Assembly (NCBI GenBank): GCA_050944155.1
Contig: JBMNQN010000016.1
Coordinates: 1 to 20,349 of the forward strand
DNA length: 20,349 nucleotides
Source of the DNA: Candidatus Methanomethylophilaceae archaeon
Lineage (GTDB): Archaea; Thermoplasmatota; Thermoplasmata; Methanomassiliicoccales; Methanomethylophilaceae
Reading direction: 5' to 3'
Below the pieces are notes generated by a model, which saw only the letters and a list, made by a program, of their open reading frames with translations, had not been told where the DNA came from and searched no databases. Positions 8,838 through 15,258 of this stretch are shown one piece after another. The position numbers and the translations under genes are program-made. Each line of letters begins with the position of its first letter. The first letter of the stretch is position 1.

Positions 8838-9929
8838 ATGATGGGGGAGAAGGAGAAAAGACTCAAACGGGAGCAGCTGGACTCGTTCATAACGACCTAT
8901 TTTCCGCTCGTTATCATAATGTGCATCGCTCTGACCGTAATTCTGGGATTTCTTTTCCAGGCGGTGACGGTTTACGACATGATATACTGGATCTGCGAAG
9001 GATTCGCCATAGGTTTCGCTTTTCTGGGAGTTATATGCCTGGCATACGTGGGGCCCCCGGTGGTAAAACACAGGTACTACATTCCCGTGTTTCTGATCTG
9101 TCCGGTTCTTCTGGCTCTTTTTCTTTACGCGCTCCACGACTACAACGTTGCCCCGGCTCTGTTCGTAAGCAGATTCTTCTATCTGTTCGGCGACGGAACC
9201 GTAACGCTGTCGACTCTGCTCATAGGATTCTATACAATCGAACTGGCGGTTTTTCTCGTTGCCATAAGCGTGTCTTCGGTTATTTCGGCGTATTTCAAAA
9301 AATATTTTTCCAGACTCATGCTGGGAATGCTGAGTAAAAATCCCGAATCCAAATCAAGAAAAGCTTCTTACTGGCTCTTTAACATTCCCGACGTTCTGGA
9401 CGTGGAAGACGTGGTTCTGGAACCCGTGGAGGAAAGAGGATTCAACCACATGATTTTCCTGGAACTGATAATTTATATGTTCCTTACCGGCCTGGCGATC
9501 TGTTCGTACATATTCCTGAACCCGTACTTCGTGAACGAGATGCCCATCGAAGAGATGATTATGATGGCCCTCCTCCTTTCTCTCTTCATAGCCGCCCTGG
9601 TGATTCCCTGGAACATCATACACGCAGTGGGAGCGAAAGCGAAGACCCAGGCACCCAGGGACATATATCTGTGGAAGGGGATGAAAAGCCGTCTCAGCCT
9701 GAGCATGATGACTCTGTTCGTTTTCTTCATGCTCTTTACTTTGCTGACGTATTTCAGAATGGATCTTTCGAAAGTTCTGATAACTTACGGAAGCTACATG
9801 GTTATGATGCTGGCAACTTCCATAATATACTCTTTCGTTTACGTAAACTCGTTCTACGTCCCGTTCAAAGACGGGCTGATAGATAGCTTCAACGCCGAAA
9901 AGGAAAGAAGGCGCAGAAAGGCGGAGTGA
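8838..9929 (+). CDS. Hypothetical polytopic membrane protein (about 8 TM helices)
   Basis: 363-aa ORF with two clusters of hydrophobic segments separated by a polar loop (WLFNIPDVLDVEDVVLEP) and a basic C-terminus. Family not recognised. Confidence 0.8.
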   Translation: MMGEKEKRLKREQLDSFITTYFPLVIIMCIALTVILGFLFQAVTVYDMIYWICEGFAIGFAFLGVICLAYVGPPVVKHRYYIPVFLICPVLLALFLYALHDYNVAPALFVSRFFYLFGDGTVTLSTLLIGFYTIELAVFLVAISVSSVISAYFKKYFSRLMLGMLSKNPESKSRKASYWLFNIPDVLDVEDVVLEPVEERGFNHMIFLELIIYMFLTGLAICSYIFLNPYFVNEMPIEEMIMMALLLSLFIAALVIPWNIIHAVGAKAKTQAPRDIYLWKGMKSRLSLSMMTLFVFFMLFTLLTYFRMDLSKVLITYGSYMVMMLATSIIYSFVYVNSFYVPFKDGLIDSFNAEKERRRRKAE

Positions 9930-9935
9930 CCGCGT

Positions 9936-10172
9936 TTATCTCTGCTTCTGGAACTTTCCGTCTTTCTTGTGGACGGATTTTCTGGCGTTTTTGTTTCTGG
10001 ACAGGAGTTCGTTGACTCTGGCTTCCGCTTCCGCTTTTGTGTTGTAACTAGCGAGAGCCCTCTGTGCGCCGTCACCCTTGACAATCCACTTGTTTTTGTC
10101 TTTGTCGTATGTGATTCTGTACGTCACCGAGGGACCGCTGGAGTCGCTTTCGGTTTTCTTTGCCGCTGCCAC
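9936..10172 (-). CDS. DUF2188-family small protein
   Basis: KWIVKGDGAQRA...TKAEA...VHKKDGKFQ pattern typical of DUF2188. GTG start, TAA stop. Confidence 0.75.
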   Translation of the reverse strand: MAAAKKTESDSSGPSVTYRITYDKDKNKWIVKGDGAQRALASYNTKAEAEARVNELLSRNKNARKSVHKKDGKFQKQR

Positions 10173-10316
10173 AACCGCACGATTGCTTTATCCGTATTTA
10201 ACCCTTGATTCGAAGGTCTTCCCGCGGAGCCTGTGCCAACAGCCCGGAGGAGAAATATTTCCGCCGTACGGAGACGGAATCCCAAGTGAAATATACGCAC
10301 ACTCCATCGGCTTTCC

Positions 10317-10952
10317 ATGAAGGAATCGGAATACTCCGTTATGGAAAGGGCCAAGAGACAGAATACCGGAGGAAATCCGAAAGGCGCTTCCGAAACGCTG
10401 GAGGATTATCTTAAAAAAAATCCGCACAACACAAAGCCCCGCATACTTCTCGCCAACATTTACATTTACAGTCTGGATATGTTCGATTTCGGAATTTTTC
10501 AGCTGGAAGCCGTTCTGGACATCGAACCGGATAACACCGATGCCCTGAAAGCCATGGTCACCGCCCTGGGTTCCCAGAAGAAACATAACAAGGAAACTTA
10601 CGAGTACTACAGGCGTCTGATGGAGCTGGATTCTTCCGCGGAAGTTTTGGAATCTTTCGCCAGGTTTCTCAGGATGCAATTGTTGGAGTTCAGAGCTTCC
10701 GCCGAATATTACGTAAAAGCGATTGAAGCGGACCCGAAAAATGTGGGATACCGCATCAATTATTCGTCTCTTCTGCTGAACGACCTCCGCGAATACGAGG
10801 AAGCGAAAAGGCAGATGGAAATAATCATGGCGATGGATCCGGAGAACTACAACGTAAGAAAAAATCTTACGAAATTGATGAAAGACCATTTCGACGAGAA
10901 CGGAAATCTGAAAAAAGGATTCCTTCACCGTCCCCGCAAACGGTCCAGGTAA
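10317..10952 (+). CDS. Tetratricopeptide repeat protein
   Basis: Repeated TPR-like helical units ending in NPHN, EPDN, DPKN and DPEN (e.g. AEYYVKAIEADPKN). Confidence 0.85.
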   Translation: MKESEYSVMERAKRQNTGGNPKGASETLEDYLKKNPHNTKPRILLANIYIYSLDMFDFGIFQLEAVLDIEPDNTDALKAMVTALGSQKKHNKETYEYYRRLMELDSSAEVLESFARFLRMQLLEFRASAEYYVKAIEADPKNVGYRINYSSLLLNDLREYEEAKRQMEIIMAMDPENYNVRKNLTKLMKDHFDENGNLKKGFLHRPRKRSR

Positions 10953-11027
10953 CGGGTATTAACACCGTGAATTTATGAAGAAAGATAAATAACGGTGTAA
11001 AGGATAGCCTGTAGCGAGGTAACAATT

Positions 11028-11567
11028 ATGGAACTCAAAGGATCCAAAACCGAAGCGAATCTCAACGCCGCCTTTGCCGGCGAAAGTATGGCCAGGAACA
11101 AGTACTCCTATTATGCTTCCCAGGCGAAGAAAGAAGGATACGAACAGATCGCGGATATCTTCATGGAGACCGCGGAAAACGAAAAAGAGCACGCCAAAAT
11201 CTGGTTCAAAGCTCTCCACGGCGGTCAGGTTCCCGACACCGTAGCCAACCTTAAGGACGCGGCCGCGGGCGAGAACTACGAACACACCGAGATGTACCCC
11301 GAATTCGCCAAAGTCGCTCGCGAAGAGGGATTCAAGGAAATCGCACAGCTCTTCGAAGCCGTCGGTAAAGTCGAGGTCGAACACGAAGCGAGATACCTGG
11401 CACTTCTGAAAAACATCGAAGAAGGAATGGTTTTCGAGAAGGACGAGGCAGTTATGTGGAAATGCCGCAACTGCGGTCACATCCACGTAGGCAAGACCGC
11501 GCCCAAGATCTGTCCGGTATGCTCCCACGAGCGCTCCTACTTCGAAGTAAGAGCCATGAACTGGTAA
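11028..11567 (+). CDS. rbr: Rubrerythrin
   Basis: [24 protein letters not shown] and EVEHEARY diiron ligands. C-terminal rubredoxin-like CRNCG...CPVCSH. RBS GAGGT upstream. Confidence 0.96.
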   Translation: MELKGSKTEANLNAAFAGESMARNKYSYYASQAKKEGYEQIADIFMETAENEKEHAKIWFKALHGGQVPDTVANLKDAAAGENYEHTEMYPEFAKVAREEGFKEIAQLFEAVGKVEVEHEARYLALLKNIEEGMVFEKDEAVMWKCRNCGHIHVGKTAPKICPVCSHERSYFEVRAMNW

Positions 11568-11578
11568 ATTCCGGTACC

Positions 11579-11604
11579 CAAACCTTTTCCCTTCGGGGTT
11601 TTTT
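11579..11604 (+). terminator. Terminator-like element between the convergent rbr and aCPSF1 genes
   Basis: CAAACCTTTT, then a CCC-TTCG-GGG mini-hairpin, then GTTTTTT. Confidence 0.55.
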
Positions 11605-11605
11605 C

Positions 11606-13510
11606 TTACCTGAGTCTTATGGTTTCTAGGTTCTGGGGAGCCTTCGTCTCTATTCCGTACTTTTTGTAAATCGAAGACGCGAGATCGGAACATTTCCTGT
11701 CTTCGCCGTGTCCGATGATTATCTTGTCCGGCCGGGGTTCCAGCGAAGAGATGTATTTCATCATCTGCTTTCTGTCCGAGTGTCCAGAGAATCCGTCCAC
11801 GGTTTCCCTGTTCATCTTTATCTTGAGATTGACGGGTTTTCCGCGGTGGTTCAACGTAATATCGGTACGACCCCTCTGAATGGTGCGTCCGAGACTGTTT
11901 TCGCTCTGGTATCCTACGAAAATCAGCCAGTTCTTCTCGTCGTCGGCCCATTCCCTGAAGTATTCCATCACCGGGCCTCCGGACATCATTCCGCTGGTTG
12001 CCAAAACGATGCACGGGTCGGGCGAGTGGCATATTTCTTCCCTCATGCCGGCGGTTTCCACTCTCTTGAATATGGGCGAAAGGAACGGGTTGTCGTCCTG
12101 CTGGAATATGCGGGTTCTCAGCTGGCTGTTCAGGTATTCTGGATACGCCGTGTGTATCGCGGTCGCTTCCCAGATCATTCCGTCCAGGTATACGTTTAGC
12201 TGGGGAATCTTTCCGTTGCGCATCATCTCCTCGATGACGAGCATGACTTCCTGGGACCTTCCCACGGCGAAGACCGGAATCAGAACGTTTCCTCCTCCCT
12301 GGGTCGCCCGTTTGAGGATATCCGCAAGTTCTTCGGAAGCGTCCATCCTGGAAGGCTGCATGTCGTTCCTTCCCCCGTAGGTGGATTCCACGACTACGGA
12401 TTCCAGACGGGGGAATTTGCAGTTGGCCGGGTTGAAGAGCCAGGTCTTCTCGAATTTCGAGTCTCCGGTGAAGGCGACGTTGTGCAGCCCGTCCCCTATG
12501 TGGAAGTGGGCTATGGAAGAACCGAGGATGTGTCCCGCGTTGTAGAGGGTCAGACGCACGTCCGGAGCTATGTCCGTGGTTTCGTTGTATTTCAGAGTGA
12601 TGGTGTGCATCACTTCGTTTCTGACGTCCTTGGCTTCGTAGAGGTTCTTTTTCGCCTCGCCGTATCCCAGTTTGATGTTGTCCAGCTGCAGAAGGGTCAT
12701 CAGGTCCCTGGTGGGCGGGGTGCAGTAAACCGGTCCGTCGTATCCGTATTTGAACAGGGCGGGCAGGGTTCCGCAGTGGTCCAGATGAGCGTGGGTGATT
12801 ACGACGGCGTCTATGTCGCTGAGAGGCTGTGCCTCGGGTATGGCGAAATACGGAGTGTCGTCGCTTCCCGGGTCGAGGCCGCAGTCTATGAGTATTTTGC
12901 TTTCCCTGGTGGTGAGCAGCGAAGCGGACCTTCCCACCTGACGGAAACCTCCCATAGTGGTGACTCTCACCCACTGTTCGTTTCCGATCTGCGGGCGGGC
13001 GAGTCTTCTCGCGGTGCGCCTGAGCATCTCGTGCCTTTCGTTTTTGTACATCCGCAGGTAGCCTCTCACGTCCGAGATGGTTTTGGACGGTATCGGCGGG
13101 GTGCGCATGACCTTGACGTTCCATCCCGTCTCCTGTTTGAGACTGGAAATGAGGGAACCTTCGGTACCTTTCACAACTTCCGGATAAATCGCTTCGACGA
13201 CGGCTTCGCCGGTATCGTCGTTGAAAAATATGTCGAATATTTTGGCTTCTTCGGGAATCATCGAGCGGAGTTTTTCCTCCACGACGGCGGGATCCCCCAG
13301 CACGGAAGGGTCGGGTCTGATGTCCACCCTCTTGTGGAGGTTCTGGGCAAGCAGCTTGGCCGCTTTGTTGTCTCCCGAAACTCTGTCGTATTCCTTTGTG
13401 TAAATGACGACCATGGGCCCTTCGAACTCTATCGAGGAAATCTCCAGGTTGTCCGGCGCGAGCCGCATGACTTCTTCTCTTAGATTGTCGAATAATCTGT
13501 CAGCATTCAT
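11606..13510 (-). CDS. fttA: Beta-CASP ribonuclease aCPSF1 / transcription termination factor FttA
   Basis: N-terminal KH domains (IEFEGP), GGFRQVGRS, THAHLDH metallo-beta-lactamase motif, NAGHILGS, ESTYG, PVFAVGRSQE, GFSGHSD, HGE. Confidence 0.96.
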   Translation of the reverse strand: MNADRLFDNLREEVMRLAPDNLEISSIEFEGPMVVIYTKEYDRVSGDNKAAKLLAQNLHKRVDIRPDPSVLGDPAVVEEKLRSMIPEEAKIFDIFFNDDTGEAVVEAIYPEVVKGTEGSLISSLKQETGWNVKVMRTPPIPSKTISDVRGYLRMYKNERHEMLRRTARRLARPQIGNEQWVRVTTMGGFRQVGRSASLLTTRESKILIDCGLDPGSDDTPYFAIPEAQPLSDIDAVVITHAHLDHCGTLPALFKYGYDGPVYCTPPTRDLMTLLQLDNIKLGYGEAKKNLYEAKDVRNEVMHTITLKYNETTDIAPDVRLTLYNAGHILGSSIAHFHIGDGLHNVAFTGDSKFEKTWLFNPANCKFPRLESVVVESTYGGRNDMQPSRMDASEELADILKRATQGGGNVLIPVFAVGRSQEVMLVIEEMMRNGKIPQLNVYLDGMIWEATAIHTAYPEYLNSQLRTRIFQQDDNPFLSPIFKRVETAGMREEICHSPDPCIVLATSGMMSGGPVMEYFREWADDEKNWLIFVGYQSENSLGRTIQRGRTDITLNHRGKPVNLKIKMNRETVDGFSGHSDRKQMMKYISSLEPRPDKIIIGHGEDRKCSDLASSIYKKYGIETKAPQNLETIRLR

Positions 13511-13592
13511 TTGTAACCTGCCGGGGGCGCCGCGGAAACAGACGCCCGTTTCTAAATCGTTGAAAAATATGTGTTTGGTAAGATGTTTGAAC

Positions 13593-14228
13593 TCAGTTCG
13601 GGTAGTTGAATCCGAGTTTCTCGCAGCGTTTGATTATATCTTTCTGCGGTATTTCCTGATATCCGTCTTTTCCTATGTAGGCCATCAGGAAACCGTTGCC
13701 GCTGTAAACGTCTCTCTGCCTTGCGGAGTTGAGGGCGGTGATTGCGGCATCGATCGCTTCGTCTTTGGTCATGTTTTCCTTGAAGGATGCTTCGAGGGAA
13801 CCGAGGGCGAACACGGAACCGGAACCCGTGGAAGTGTAGTCGCTTTCAAGGTATCCGCCGGCGCCGTCTATGCTGTAGACGTGGCCTCCCGTTTCGTCGT
13901 ATCCTCCGACGATGAGTCCGAGATAGAAGCCCTGGCGTATGACGTTGGCAACCAGGGTCGCAGCCGAGTGGACGGAAATGTTTTTGCCTTTTTTCATGGA
14001 GTACAGCGCGATTTCGGCGTTCATGTATCTGACCATGAGCTGTGCGTCGCCCACCGAACCGGCAATGGTCATGCCTACGTTCTCCGCGATGGGGTAAACT
14101 TTTCTGACGTCTTTGTTGGCAATCATGTGTCCCATTGTCGCTCTCTGATCCGTGGCGAGTATGACACCGTCTTTCGTTCTTATTCCGATGGTGGTCGTAC
14201 CGGTCTTGAGAGTCTCTTCGTTTGTCAT
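13593..14228 (-). CDS. psmB: Proteasome subunit beta
   Basis: Short propeptide followed by KTG|TTTIG with the catalytic Thr. AGSVGDAQ, STGSGS, RDVYSG. Lies upstream of aCPSF1, as is common in archaea. Confidence 0.96.
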   Translation of the reverse strand: MTNEETLKTGTTTIGIRTKDGVILATDQRATMGHMIANKDVRKVYPIAENVGMTIAGSVGDAQLMVRYMNAEIALYSMKKGKNISVHSAATLVANVIRQGFYLGLIVGGYDETGGHVYSIDGAGGYLESDYTSTGSGSVFALGSLEASFKENMTKDEAIDAAITALNSARQRDVYSGNGFLMAYIGKDGYQEIPQKDIIKRCEKLGFNYPN

Positions 14229-14400
14229 TTATCGTACCTCAGATGTTCTGAAAATAAAATCCGGTCTGTCTGACCTGTATTCGGAGATTCATTCGTTGTT
14301 TAAATAACTTGTTTTTTTCGGGCAGTTTCCGGAAAGATTTATTATTCCACATAATATAACAAATATTGCAGCTGGAAGCTGCGACTGTGAAGGGAATTAT

Positions 14401-15114
14401 ATGGAAAGCGCACAAATCAAAGCGTATGTTGCCGAACTTTTCGGTACCATGGTTCTGACGCTCGTGGGATGAGGTGTTGCGGTATACACCGGCGACGTGG
14501 TCGCCACGGCACTCGCTTTCGGTCTTTCGATCGTTGCGATGGCATACTGCATCGGAGACCGCTCGGGATGCCACATCAATCCCGCGGTATCTCTTGCTCT
14601 CCGCGTCGACGACAGAATCGACACGAAAACCATGATCTGTTACTGGATATTCCAGTTCCTCGGCGGTATAATCGGTGCGGGACTTCTGTACTACATCGCA
14701 ACCGCGACCGGAGGTGTCATCGTCGACGATTTCGGAACCATAATATCCGGACTGGGAACCAACGGATTCGAGGGACAGGGCGTATATAAAATCACGATGG
14801 CAGGAGCCATAATCGTCGAAATCATCCTTACGATGATTTTCACCCTGACCGTTCTGGGCGTTACCTAGAAGCAGAAGACCGCCGCACAGGCCGGATTCGC
14901 AATAGGCGGAAGCCTTACGTCCGTCCACCTGATAGGAATCAACCTCACCGGAACTTCCGTCAACCCCGCGAGAAGCCTCGGACCCGCGATATTCCTCGCG
15001 GTCGCCGGAACCACCATCGCTCTCGAGCAAGTCTGGGTATTCATCCTCGCGCCGTTCGTCGGAGCGCTGATTGCCGGATTCCTCTACAAGTACGTGTTCA
15101 GGACCGAAGAGTGA
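14401..15114 (+). CDS. aqpZ: MIP-family aquaporin (AqpZ-like), 237 codons, with in-frame TGA (codon 24) and TAG (codon 156): recoded gene or recent pseudogene
   Basis: Manual translation in one frame: MESAQIKAYVAELFGTMVLTLVG*GVAV...SGCHINPAVSL...VEIILTMIFTLTVLGVT*KQKTAAQAGFAIG...VHLIGINLTGTSVNPARSLGPA...QVWVFILAPFVGALIAGFLYKYVFRTEE*. RBS-like GAAGGGA upstream. Family identity is secure, functional status is not. Confidence 0.88.
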
Positions 15115-15120
15115 ATTCCT

Positions 15121-15150
15121 GCCGTTTCCGGACGGTTTCAAACCTCTTTT
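15121..15150 (+). terminator. Hairpin plus pyrimidine tract downstream of the aquaporin gene
   Basis: GCCGT-TTCCGG-ACGGT followed by CAAACCTCTTTT and further T-tracts. Confidence 0.5.
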
Positions 15151-15188
15151 CTTTATCATTTTTCTTTGGATTTTTCGAACGGAAAATA

Positions 15189-15207
15189 ATTGGATATATA
15201 ATCCAAT
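15189..15207. promoter_or_regulatory. Perfect inverted repeat overlapping the TATA-like box of nrdJ (candidate operator)
   Basis: ATTGGAT-ATATA-ATCCAAT, ending 51 nt upstream of the nrdJ ATG. Confidence 0.5.
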
Positions 15208-15258
15208 GCGATACATGTTATTAACCAGCAGTCTATCCCCCTCAAAGGGAGAAAATCA

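Noticed and set aside
10959-13124. 721-aa minus-strand ORF
   Set aside because: Arg/Pro/Gly-rich off-frame shadow of aCPSF1 that runs on antisense to rubrerythrin. No domain signal.
11606-14228. psmB-aCPSF1 adjacency as a novel system
   Set aside because: Widely conserved, already described archaeal gene pair.
14497-14868. 123-aa ORF as a standalone half-aquaporin
   Set aside because: It is only the segment between the two internal stops. Homology continues in frame on both sides.
15105-15140. Possible archaeal 3' UTR SECIS after the aquaporin gene
   Set aside because: I could not fit the GAA/A bulge with adjacent G-C pairs. It looks like a terminator hairpin.
14239-15216. 325-aa minus-strand ORF spanning the aquaporin locus
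   Set aside because: Antisense shadow with no recognisable motif. The plus frame carries unmistakable MIP motifs.
15115-15258. Cobalamin riboswitch upstream of B12-dependent nrdJ
   Set aside because: Region is short and AT-rich with no B12-box.
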